The translations under genes and the position numbers were made by a program. 64,000 bases of DNA from NCBI GenBank assembly GCA_047601445.1, contig JASGJH010000001.1, positions 2,496,001 to 2,560,000 of the forward strand, written 5' to 3'. How positions within the stretch are numbered: position 1 is the stretch's first letter; every line of letters begins with the position of its first letter. The notes under the pieces are model-generated. The model had not been told where the DNA came from, searched no databases, and saw only the letters and a program-made list of their open reading frames with translations. The DNA is from Myxococcales bacterium (GTDB lineage Bacteria; Myxococcota_A; Polyangia; Polyangiales; DASUME01). Below, one piece after another: positions 50,094 through 58,807 of the stretch.

Positions 50094-51752
50094 TCAGGCT
50101 TTCTGAAGGATCGACTTCTCGTAGTCTTCGGGAGCTGAGAGGCCGAGCAAGTACAGCACCGATGAGGCCACGTTGGCCAGACCCGGCTTGGCGACGCTCG
50201 GATCGATGCGCAGCTTGGCGCTCGGCGCGTACACCAGGAAGGGCACCTTGTTGAGCGTGTGGCTGGTCTTCACCACAGGCTTCCCGGCGGCGTCCAGCAA
50301 GACCCCGCCCTTCTTGTCGAGCTCGAACATCTGGTCGGCGTTGCCGTGGTCGGCGGTGACAATCAAGGCGCCCTGCAGCTTCTCGATCAACGGCAGGAGA
50401 CGCCCGATGGAAAGGTCCACGGCCTCCACGGCCTGGACGGCCGAGTCGCGGAAGCCGGTGTGTCCGACCATGTCCCCATTGGCGTAGTTCACGCGCAAAT
50501 GCCGGAATTTCTGGCTCTCCATGGCCCCCACGAGGGCATCGGTGATCTCGGCCGCCTTCATCCAGGGCCGCTCCTGGAAAGGACGCGTGTCGCTCGGGAT
50601 CTCCAGGTACTCCTCGTAGCGGTCGTCGAACTTGCCGCTGCGATTGCCGTTCCAGAAGTAGGTGACGTGACCGAACTTCTGGGTCTCACTGCTGGCGTAC
50701 TGGGTGATGCGGTTGTTGGCGAGGAACTCCCCCAGGGTGCGCTCGATGGCTGGCGGCGGGACCAGGAAGTGCTGCGGTAGCTTGAGGTCGCCGTCGTACT
50801 GCATCATGCCCGCATAGAGGACGTCGGGCAGGCCCCGGCGATCGAACTTCTCGAACTGTTTGGACTCGAGCGCCTGACTGATCTCGATGGCGCGGTCCCC
50901 GCGGAAGTTGAACAGCACCACGCTGGAGCCGTCCTCGACGCGGCCCACGGGCTTGCCATCGTCACCCGCGATCACGAAGGGAGGCAGGTTCTGGTCGCCG
51001 ATCCCGGGCTGCTCGTCGCGCGCCGTGAGGATGGCCTCGCGGGCGTTCTTGAAGCGCCGGCCGATGCCGTGCACGTGGGTCATGTAGCCGCGCTCGACCA
51101 TGGGCAAGTCAGCCTCGTAGCGATCCATCGTGATCACCATGCGCCCGCCGCCGGAGGCCACCCGGTAATCCCGTTTCTCCTTGCGGTTGATGCCGGCCAG
51201 GAGCTCCTCGAGCGCGTCCACGTAGGTCAGCGCCGAGGTCTCCCCGACGTCGCGGCCGTCGAGCAGGATGTGCACCCGTACCTTCTCGACCTGCTCCTGG
51301 TCGCAGCGCTTGAGCATGGCGAGCAGGTGGTTGATGTGACTGTGGACGTTGCCGTCGGACAGAAGTCCGAGGAAATGCATGGCCTTGCCGCTGGCCCGCA
51401 CGCGGCTGGTCAGGGCCTTCCACTCGTCGCGCGCGAAGATGCTGCCGTCGTCGATGGCCTGTTGAACCAGCTTGGCCCCCTGGTCGAACACGCGACCCGC
51501 TCCGAGCGCGTTGTGACCGACCTCGCTATTACCCATGTCGGCGTCCGAGGGCATGCCCACCGCCACGCCGTGGGCCGCGAGGGCCGTCTGGGGACATGAC
51601 TGGTGGAGCAGGTCCAGGATGGGCGTCCGAGCCAGCCAAACGGCGTCGGACTCATCGCGCTGGCCGTAGCCGACGCCGTCCATCACGACGAGCACGACGG
51701 GGCCCTTTACACCCCCGAAATCTGGGACCGATGCGAGCTGCCAGGAGGTCAT
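50094..51752 (-). CDS. gpmI: 2,3-bisphosphoglycerate-independent phosphoglycerate mutase
   Basis: VMDGVG, MGNSEVGH, SDGNVHSH, NFRGDRA, NGDMVGHTG and TADHGNAD motifs. Confidence 0.96.
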   Translation of the reverse strand: MTSWQLASVPDFGGVKGPVVLVVMDGVGYGQRDESDAVWLARTPILDLLHQSCPQTALAAHGVAVGMPSDADMGNSEVGHNALGAGRVFDQGAKLVQQAIDDGSIFARDEWKALTSRVRASGKAMHFLGLLSDGNVHSHINHLLAMLKRCDQEQVEKVRVHILLDGRDVGETSALTYVDALEELLAGINRKEKRDYRVASGGGRMVITMDRYEADLPMVERGYMTHVHGIGRRFKNAREAILTARDEQPGIGDQNLPPFVIAGDDGKPVGRVEDGSSVVLFNFRGDRAIEISQALESKQFEKFDRRGLPDVLYAGMMQYDGDLKLPQHFLVPPPAIERTLGEFLANNRITQYASSETQKFGHVTYFWNGNRSGKFDDRYEEYLEIPSDTRPFQERPWMKAAEITDALVGAMESQKFRHLRVNYANGDMVGHTGFRDSAVQAVEAVDLSIGRLLPLIEKLQGALIVTADHGNADQMFELDKKGGVLLDAAGKPVVKTSHTLNKVPFLVYAPSAKLRIDPSVAKPGLANVASSVLYLLGLSAPEDYEKSILQKA

Positions 51753-51779
51753 AGCCCGGTGTTAGCACGCCTTGATTAG

Positions 51780-51855
51780 CGGGGAGGGCACGCGCCCTCC
51801 CCGCCCCGTCGCAGCAAAGCTGCGCCGGGACCCACCCCACCGCGAGGTTCGCTGC
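51780..51855. repeat. ~76-bp structured intergenic repeat (copy 2)
   Basis: Near-identical to 13975..14049; the second hairpin is CGCAGC-AAA-GCTGCG, and a partial CCCACCCCAGTGCGAGGTTCGC follows. Confidence 0.85.
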
Positions 51856-51965
51856 ACGCACTGCGATGGGGCCCACCCCAGTGCGAGGTTCGCCTCGCTC
51901 ACGGCCGCGGAGGTCCGCGGTCGACCCCACGTGACAGACCCTGGCCCTGGTTCTACAGTCCCCAA

Positions 51966-52484
51966 ATGAGCAAGATTGCGGCGGGAAAGTTTGTATTGAT
52001 CGATTACGTGCTGCGCGACGAAGACGGTGACGTGGTGCAGCGCTCGGACGACCCGGAAGTTGGACCGCTCAGCTACATCCACGGCTACTCGCCGATCTTG
52101 CCAGGACTGCATGCGGGCCTGGAGGGCCTCGAGGCGGGCAACCAGAAGGCGATCACCGTGACGCCCGAGGACGGCTACGGCGACGCGGACGAAGAAGGCA
52201 TTTTCGAGGTGGAGCGCAGCGAGCTGCCCGACCCCGAAGGCGTAAAGTTCGGCGACGAGATCGTGGGCGAGGACGAAGAAGGCAACGAGTTCGACATGCA
52301 CGTCATCGAGGTGCACGACGACTACGTGGTGGTCGACACCAACCACCCGCTGGCGGGCCACACGTTGGTCTGGGACGTCACGGTCCGCGAAGTGCGCGAC
52401 GCCACCCAGAAGGAAATCGACGGCGCGCGCGCGGACGCTGCCGAACTAGAGATCGGCAGTTCGCACGGAGACGCTCCCCACTGA
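51966..52484 (+). CDS. slyD: FKBP-type peptidyl-prolyl isomerase (SlyD-like)
   Basis: PLSYIHG, PEDGYG and VDTNHPLAG motifs; no long His-rich tail. Confidence 0.88.
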   Translation: MSKIAAGKFVLIDYVLRDEDGDVVQRSDDPEVGPLSYIHGYSPILPGLHAGLEGLEAGNQKAITVTPEDGYGDADEEGIFEVERSELPDPEGVKFGDEIVGEDEEGNEFDMHVIEVHDDYVVVDTNHPLAGHTLVWDVTVREVRDATQKEIDGARADAAELEIGSSHGDAPH

Positions 52485-53435
52485 GCGACTGCTGACACTT
52501 ACCGACCGCATCCAAACGAAGGGCTTCCCCAGCTGTCGCGGGTCCTCCATGTGAGCGCGCATCGCCTGGCGCAGGGCCTCGATCGCCGGATCCACGGGGT
52601 CGACCTTCTGAGTCTGCTCGAGCCAGAGCTCCACCGTATCGGCCCAGAGCGCCACGCTGGTCTTCGCGGACGCGCCGACCTGGGGGAACTTCTCGAGCAC
52701 CTGGCTGGTGAACGGGTCGGTGAGCGTTTGCCGAGACGGAAACAGCAAGTGCAGTGCGGTGTCCGGGGTAGACGCGACGATCGTAGCCAAGAAGCTCGCG
52801 AGCTGACCGGACACGACCTGCGGGGTGGCGGGCATGCCGAAGCTGCGCAGGATGCGGTGTAGCGTGGGAGCGGTGTCGGGCAGAACACGACGCACGAGGC
52901 GCGCGCTGGCGCCCGCTTGAGGCTCGAGCTGGAGGACGATGACGCTGCAGGGCGGACACAGCAAGAGTCCGCGCAAGCGCAGACCGCGGGCCCCCAGCAA
53001 ACGCTCCTCGACGAGGGCTCCGCGGCCCAGGTGAGGTCGCACGGAGTGCTCGGACCAGACCTTGCGGACCTGGTGCTGCGTGACACCCAACCGACGCGCC
53101 ACCGAACGGATGGTCCAGCGCTGCCCCTCGGGCGGCAGCTCCTCCACCGTCAGACGTACGATCTCATCCCGGCTCTGACGGGACAGGCGGCGCGGCTGCC
53201 CGGGGCGCGCACGATCGCGCAGCCCCTCCAGGCCGTGCGCCTGGAAGCGTTGTCGCCACTTGTAGACCGTGCGCACCGTGACGCCGAGTCGCTCCGCGAC
53301 GCGCACCGCCGGATGCCCCTCGGCCGACAGCAAGACCACTTGGGCACGCTCAGCCAGACGCGGGTGATTGCCGGCGCTCAGGGAGGAGAGCGAGTTGGCT
53401 TGCTCGACGCTCAAGGTCGATTTGACTGAGGTCAT
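52446..53435 (-). CDS. IS630-transposase-derived protein with intact HTH and degenerate DDE domain
   Basis: RAQVVLL..EG...VAERLGV...TVYKWRQRF...GLEGLRDRARPGQPR and RWT...A HTH modules; C-terminal PFVW; catalytic Asp motifs replaced. Confidence 0.75.
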   Translation of the reverse strand: MTSVKSTLSVEQANSLSSLSAGNHPRLAERAQVVLLSAEGHPAVRVAERLGVTVRTVYKWRQRFQAHGLEGLRDRARPGQPRRLSRQSRDEIVRLTVEELPPEGQRWTIRSVARRLGVTQHQVRKVWSEHSVRPHLGRGALVEERLLGARGLRLRGLLLCPPCSVIVLQLEPQAGASARLVRRVLPDTAPTLHRILRSFGMPATPQVVSGQLASFLATIVASTPDTALHLLFPSRQTLTDPFTSQVLEKFPQVGASAKTSVALWADTVELWLEQTQKVDPVDPAIEALRQAMRAHMEDPRQLGKPFVWMRSVSVSSRSVGSVSVRTADL

Positions 53436-53526
53436 TCCACGCCATCTATCGAATCCGTGCAACGGACGTGGGGCGGAATGAGAACAGACTCATCCTTTGT
53501 TGGTGACATCTTTCAGTCGCGCAACG

Positions 53527-54726
53527 TCAGGGCTGCCCGGCGTCGGGCGGTACCTGACAGGCCTGCAGACTGGCGCTGATTCGCGAAGCCACCGCGGCGA
53601 GCGCAGGATCGAAATTATCTGCACACACGGAACGCGCCACGCCATTGTCGCCGAAGCCTTGCGCGGCTGCGATCAGGCGCGGTGCGGGCATCCCCTTCAC
53701 TTCGCCCTGGCTGTCGCTGCAGACCGTCTTGAGCGTGGTCTGATCTTCGGCCAAGGGGTCGCCAGCCCCCTCGCCCTGGTTGGACGCGTCGGCCACGGGG
53801 ATCGACTCGGGCAGCGCGAGCAGCTGACTCGGTGTGTCGCCGTCGGCGCTGAGAGGCACGCCCGAGAGAACACCGAACACGATGTGCTCCGGATGACCGG
53901 GCTTGAGTGCCTTGAGGCCTGCGACGAAATGATCGACGGGCTCGAGCAGCGTGGCGTCCTTGGCGAGCAGCGCGCAGCGCAGGTTGACGCCCACTGCATG
54001 CTCGGAGTCAGGCGACTTGAGGCGCGGGTCCGTTGGATCGACGCTGTAGAGCACCGCGCCGTCCTGCGCCACGGAGCAATCGTCCTCGTCCGTCACGTGG
54101 ACCACGGCCAGCACGGCGGTCTCGCGCAAGAAGCCCGCGTTTTCTCGATCGCCGTGGCCACCGCTACCACCGTGGAAGGCGGTGACGCTGCTGGGCGCCA
54201 GGGCCTTGTACATGGCCGCGAGGGGTTGCTCGTAGGGACAGCGCTGCAGGCCCACCGAGGCGAGGCACTGCACGTGCTCGATTAGCTCGTCGGGCTTGCT
54301 CTCGTCGTTGGGCACGTAGATCTGGTACGGATAAGCGTTACCCTTGCACTCGCCGCTGAGCGACTTCGTCAGCATCAGGCCATCGTTGCCCTGCGCGCTG
54401 CACTGCGGGACGCCATCGGCGTAGGCGCCCATGTCCGACGTGGTCACCGCCACATGGATGTCGCTGAAGGCCTGGGACTCCACGGTGCCGTCGTGATCAT
54501 AGTCGCCGTTGCCCAGCCCCTCGAGGAAGCGCGGGATGGCCGCTGACAGGCGGTCGTGGACCAACGTTTTCGACACCGAGTTGTCGATCACGAACAACAG
54601 ATCGAGTTCGTGCAGGCAGATCTCTTCGCCCGCGTCCCGTAGTGCCCCGTGATCGGCCTGGTCGCCGCAGCCCGATGCTGCTGCGGCCGCGATAGCCAGC
54701 CCAATGGCCAAAGTCTTCGACGACAT
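53527..54726 (-). CDS. Myxobacterial vWA-like Cys-rich lipoprotein
   Basis: ASGC lipobox, LDLLFVIDNSVS (MIDAS-like), EQPL and FLRETAVLAVVHVTDEDDCS motifs. Confidence 0.8.
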   Translation of the reverse strand: MSSKTLAIGLAIAAAAASGCGDQADHGALRDAGEEICLHELDLLFVIDNSVSKTLVHDRLSAAIPRFLEGLGNGDYDHDGTVESQAFSDIHVAVTTSDMGAYADGVPQCSAQGNDGLMLTKSLSGECKGNAYPYQIYVPNDESKPDELIEHVQCLASVGLQRCPYEQPLAAMYKALAPSSVTAFHGGSGGHGDRENAGFLRETAVLAVVHVTDEDDCSVAQDGAVLYSVDPTDPRLKSPDSEHAVGVNLRCALLAKDATLLEPVDHFVAGLKALKPGHPEHIVFGVLSGVPLSADGDTPSQLLALPESIPVADASNQGEGAGDPLAEDQTTLKTVCSDSQGEVKGMPAPRLIAAAQGFGDNGVARSVCADNFDPALAAVASRISASLQACQVPPDAGQP

Positions 54727-54987
54727 GGTCGCCAAGCTAGTCACCTGGGCCCGGGCTTCCAGCGACGTTCCTGCGACAAGTTCGTGCGCAACCCGCAGCG
54801 GAGATGCCGCAAAAGCGTCGTGTGCGGCGCGCGGGCTTGGCCTAGAAGCGTCCCGGCGCACCGAAAGTTCGCACGTCGCTCGATCGGGAACCGCAAGCGG
54901 GTGAGGCAAGCCCGCTCACGTGGGGCTCGCGTGCTCGGGACGACGGGTCGACCCTGCGGGAAACCCTGCGTTGAAGCGTCCTGCTTC

Positions 54988-55003
54988 TGGCATGGAGCTC
55001 GCT
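54988..55003 (+). promoter_or_regulatory. Sigma54 (-24/-12)-type promoter for second DUF4398-OmpA operon
   Basis: TGGCATGGAGCTCGCT has GG-N10-GC spacing and is 14/16 identical to the 11512 motif. Confidence 0.6.
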
Positions 55004-55066
55004 ACGCGTCGCCCATGCTGGCCGAAGCTCGCACAGGTCCTGAGCGAGCACGGAGGAGGAGGTCCC

Positions 55067-55456
55067 ATGAAAAATTCCTGGATTACTGGTGTGGCCACAC
55101 TGGCACCCATGCTCGCCGTGGGATGCGCGAGCTACCCTCAACCGACGGAACATCTCGCTTCGTCGATGGCCGCCGTGCGCGGCGCCGAGGAGGCTGGAGC
55201 CACCTCGGTGCCGAAGGCGGCGCTGCACCTGAAGCTCGCCCAAGAGGAGCTGGAACAGGCGCGAACGATGCTGGAGCACGGCGACAACGAGCGCGCCGAT
55301 GCCATGACCATTCGCGCGTACAACGACGCCGAACTTGCGCTGGCACTGGCCCGCGAGGAGGCAGCCGAGCGTCGGCTGGCGACGTTCGACGAGCTCTCGG
55401 CGCGCGACTCATCTCTACAACAGGGCAATGCCCGTGCGGAAGGAGCGAAGCCATGA
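55067..55456 (+). CDS. DUF4398-family lipoprotein (paralog of 11084..11461)
   Basis: GGAGG RBS, AVGC lipobox, ASYPQPTEHLASS...RAYNDAELALAL. Confidence 0.85.
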   Translation: MKNSWITGVATLAPMLAVGCASYPQPTEHLASSMAAVRGAEEAGATSVPKAALHLKLAQEELEQARTMLEHGDNERADAMTIRAYNDAELALALAREEAAERRLATFDELSARDSSLQQGNARAEGAKP

Positions 55457-56364
55457 GACAGCCCATGCTCTCCGGTTTGACCGTGACGGCCCTCGCGCTC
55501 GCGGCGGGTTGCGCCTCGCGTCCGCCCAACGAGTTGGTGGATGCTCGCCGCGCCTACCAGCAAGCCAAAGCCGGCCCTGCCGCGGAGTACACGCCGGCGC
55601 AGCTCCACACGGCCGAGAGTTCCCTGGTCTTGGCGGAGCAGACCTACGCCGACGAAGGAGACTCAGCGAGCACGCGAGACCGCGCCTACGTCGCCAAGCG
55701 CAAGGCCGAGCTCGCCACCGTGCAGGCTCGCGTCGCCATCGCCGAGAACCGCTTGGCCAAGGCAGCCGCCGATGAGCGACGCAAGCAGACCCGGGAGTTG
55801 ACGGAGGCGCGCGCCGAGCTGGCAGACCAACGCGACGCGCTGGTGGCCGAACGCGCGCGGCGTGCCGAAGCCGAGCAGCGCGCACAGCAAGCCGCCGCCG
55901 ACTTGGCGCGCGTCGCGAGCGTGAAGCAGGAGGATCGCGGCATGGTGATCACGCTCTCCGGGGGTGTGTTGTTCGCCAGCGGCAAGGCGAGCCTGTTGCC
56001 GAGCGCCCAGGCCAAACTGAGCGAAGTCGCCGACGCCTTGAGCGAGAGCGCCCCCGACTCCGCCATCCTGGTGGAGGGTCACACCGACTCGCAGGGGTCC
56101 GCCCGCTTCAACCAGGAGCTCTCGAGCGACCGGGCCAACGCGGTGCGTGCATACCTGGTGTCGCACGGCGTGGCCGCCGACCGCATCCGCGCCGAGGGGC
56201 TGGGTTTCACCCGTCCCGTCGCCGACAACGGCACCCCGGAGGGGCGCGCCAACAATCGTCGGGTCGAAATCGTGGTGCAGCCCCCCGTGTCGAGCTCCAA
56301 GGGCGAGGGCCTGCCAGGGGCCCCACCCGGGGACGGCGTCCGTGACCCCGCCCGGAACCCCTGA
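55453..56364 (+). CDS. OmpA-family lipoprotein with DUF4398-like domain (paralog of 10062..11051)
   Basis: AAGC lipobox, LFASGKA, VEGHTDSQG and GRANNRRVEIV motifs; ATGA overlap. Confidence 0.9.
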   Translation: MRQPMLSGLTVTALALAAGCASRPPNELVDARRAYQQAKAGPAAEYTPAQLHTAESSLVLAEQTYADEGDSASTRDRAYVAKRKAELATVQARVAIAENRLAKAAADERRKQTRELTEARAELADQRDALVAERARRAEAEQRAQQAAADLARVASVKQEDRGMVITLSGGVLFASGKASLLPSAQAKLSEVADALSESAPDSAILVEGHTDSQGSARFNQELSSDRANAVRAYLVSHGVAADRIRAEGLGFTRPVADNGTPEGRANNRRVEIVVQPPVSSSKGEGLPGAPPGDGVRDPARNP

Positions 56365-56440
56365 CATCCAACTACCCTTGGCTCAGGCTCGGCGAGGGGC
56401 GTAGGTCGCGCGACCCACTGTTCCAACGCCGAGCCAGATG

Positions 56441-56479
56441 CGTGACACCTTCCGCCCGGTTGTGTGAGATCTATGTGAC
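56441..56479 (-). promoter_or_regulatory. Pho-box-like 11-bp-periodic direct repeats upstream of ppk1
   Basis: CGTGAC (56441), TGTGAG (56463) and TGTGAC (56474), i.e. GTCAC-like half-sites on the minus strand at 22- and 11-bp spacing. Confidence 0.4.
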
Positions 56480-56563
56480 GTTCCATCCTGGGCTGACGCG
56501 GCCTGCGCTAGGCTTATCGTCTGAGATCTTGGATCTTTTGGAAGGAACGTCAGCGTGCCGAGT

Positions 56564-58795
56564 ATGCCTGCAGAACGCGCTCCCTCGAATGGTAGTAACA
56601 CCCCGGTGCTGAGGGAGCCGGAGAGTCAGGTGCGGCCGGCCGCCGTGGTGGAGCCGCCGCAGAGCACCCCGAGCAAGCTGCCACCCCCTCCGCTCGATCC
56701 AGGCCTATACATCAACCGGGAGCTCTCCTGGCTGGCCTTCAATGGCCGTGTGCTCGCGGAGGCGCTCGATCCCGCGCATCCCCTGCTGGAGCGCCTGAAG
56801 TTCCTGGCCATCCATGCCTCGAATCTGGACGAGTTCTTCATGGTGCGCGTCTCGGGCCTGCACGAGCAGCTCGAGGCCACCGTGCTGGAGAACACACCCG
56901 ACGGTCTCAGTCCTGGGGAGCAACTCAAGCGCATCCGAGAGATCGTGGATGCCCAGCTGCGTGAGGCCTACTCGGTACTCAGCGGAGAGCTCCTGCCGTC
57001 GCTCCGACAAAACGGCATCTGGATCGCCGACTGGAAGGATCTGGACGAACAAACGCGGGCGCACGCCTCCGAGTACTTCCGCACGCAGGTCTTCCCGGTG
57101 CTGACGCCGCTGGCGGTCGATCTCGCGCACCCGTTCCCATTCCTCTCGAACCTCTCGCTTTCGCTGGCCGTGGAGGTCCGCGACCCCGACACCGGCGAGT
57201 GGAAGTTCGCTCGGGTCAAGGTGCCCGAGAGTCTGCCGCGCTTCGTGCCCGTGGACGCGCTCGGCAAGGGCCGCGTCTCCCAGATCCCCGGCGGCTCCGT
57301 GCAGCGCTTCTTGCCGCTCGAGCAGCTGATCGCCCAGAACGTGAACCAGCTCTTCCCCGAGCTGGAGATCCTCGGCTGCCACCCGTTCCGCGTCACGCGC
57401 GACACCGACATCGACATCCTGGTGGAAGAAGCCGAGGACCTGATGTCCGTGATCGACCGCGAAATCCGGCGCCGCCGCTTCGGCGCCTGCGTGCGGCTCG
57501 AAGTGCATCACCGGATTCCGGCCCGCGTGCGCAAGCTGCTGCGCGAGAAGCTCGAGATCGACGACGAGGACGTATACGAATCGGTGGGTCTGCTCGAGCT
57601 CAACGCGCTGATGTCGCTGGCCTCCATCGATCGCCCCGATCTGCGCGATCCGCCCTTCGCTCCCCGCTTGCCGCAGGCGCTGGCAGACGCAGGGTCCACG
57701 TTCACGGCCGTGCGCGCCTCCGACATCCTGCTGCACCACCCGTACGACTCGTTCGCCTCGGTGCTGGACTTCCTGGAGCAGGCCGCCACGGACCCCAACG
57801 TACTGGCCATCAAGATGACCTTGTATCGCGCCGGCTCCAACGCCGAGGCCGTGCGGCGTCTGATCCGGGCGGCGGAGAATGGCAAGCAGGTGGCCGTTTC
57901 GATCGAGCTCAAGGCTCGCTTCGACGAGGAGAACAACATGGTCTGGGCGCGCGCCATGGAGCGCGCGGGCGTGCACGTGTTCTACGGTGGCGCCGGCATG
58001 AAGACCCACGCCAAGATGGCCCTGGTGGTGCGGCGTGAGAAAGATGCCCTGCAGCGCTACGTGCACCTCTCCACGGGCAACTACAACGCGAGCACGGCGC
58101 GACTCTACACGGACATCGCGCTGTTCACCGCGAACACGGAGATCGGCGAGGACGTCTCGGAGCTCTTCAACGCGCTGTCGGGCGTGTCCAAGCAGACCCG
58201 CTACCGCAAGCTCTCGGTTGCGCCCACGGGACTCGCCGAGGCGGTCCTGGCTCAGATCGGCGAGCAGACGCGGCGCGCGCTGGAGGGCCTGCCCGCGCGC
58301 ATCTACGGCAAGATGAATTCGCTGGTCGAAGTGAACGTGATCCGGGCGCTCTACGACGCGTCCGCGGCGGGCGTGCAGATCGACCTGGTGGTGCGCGGAA
58401 TTTGCTGCCTGAAGCCCGGCGTCCCCGGCGTGTCGGAGAACATCCGGGTGCGCTCCATCGTGGGACGCTTCCTCGAGCACGAGCGCTTGTTCGTGTTCGG
58501 CGAAGGAGCGTCCGAAAAAATGTTCGTGTCCTCCGCCGACTGGATGCCGCGCAACTTCTATCGGCGCGTGGAGGTCATGTTCCCCATCGAGAGCGAGGCG
58601 CTGCGCTCGCAGATCCGCAAGGAAGTCATCGAGCCCTCCCTCACCGACGACGTGCGGCACTACGCGCTCGACGCCAACGGCGAATACACCCGCATCAGCC
58701 GGCGCGGCGAAGAGGCCCTGCCCTGCATGCAGACCAGGCTGCTCGAAGCCAGCGCCGCCGACCCTGCTCGACGCGTGCCTTTTTCGCGCTCCTAG
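56564..58795 (+). CDS. ppk1: Polyphosphate kinase 1
   Basis: INRELSWLAFN, NLDEFFMVRV, LLHHPYDSF, ELKARFDEENN, KTHAK and SADWMPRN..RRVE motifs. Confidence 0.97.
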   Translation: MPAERAPSNGSNTPVLREPESQVRPAAVVEPPQSTPSKLPPPPLDPGLYINRELSWLAFNGRVLAEALDPAHPLLERLKFLAIHASNLDEFFMVRVSGLHEQLEATVLENTPDGLSPGEQLKRIREIVDAQLREAYSVLSGELLPSLRQNGIWIADWKDLDEQTRAHASEYFRTQVFPVLTPLAVDLAHPFPFLSNLSLSLAVEVRDPDTGEWKFARVKVPESLPRFVPVDALGKGRVSQIPGGSVQRFLPLEQLIAQNVNQLFPELEILGCHPFRVTRDTDIDILVEEAEDLMSVIDREIRRRRFGACVRLEVHHRIPARVRKLLREKLEIDDEDVYESVGLLELNALMSLASIDRPDLRDPPFAPRLPQALADAGSTFTAVRASDILLHHPYDSFASVLDFLEQAATDPNVLAIKMTLYRAGSNAEAVRRLIRAAENGKQVAVSIELKARFDEENNMVWARAMERAGVHVFYGGAGMKTHAKMALVVRREKDALQRYVHLSTGNYNASTARLYTDIALFTANTEIGEDVSELFNALSGVSKQTRYRKLSVAPTGLAEAVLAQIGEQTRRALEGLPARIYGKMNSLVEVNVIRALYDASAAGVQIDLVVRGICCLKPGVPGVSENIRVRSIVGRFLEHERLFVFGEGASEKMFVSSADWMPRNFYRRVEVMFPIESEALRSQIRKEVIEPSLTDDVRHYALDANGEYTRISRRGEEALPCMQTRLLEASAADPARRVPFSRS

Positions 58796-58807
58796 CGTCG
58801 GCCTTTC

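Noticed and set aside
52446..53435. Active IS630 insertion sequence
   Set aside because: The catalytic Asp motifs appear to be missing and no terminal inverted repeats were seen; reported instead as transposase-derived.
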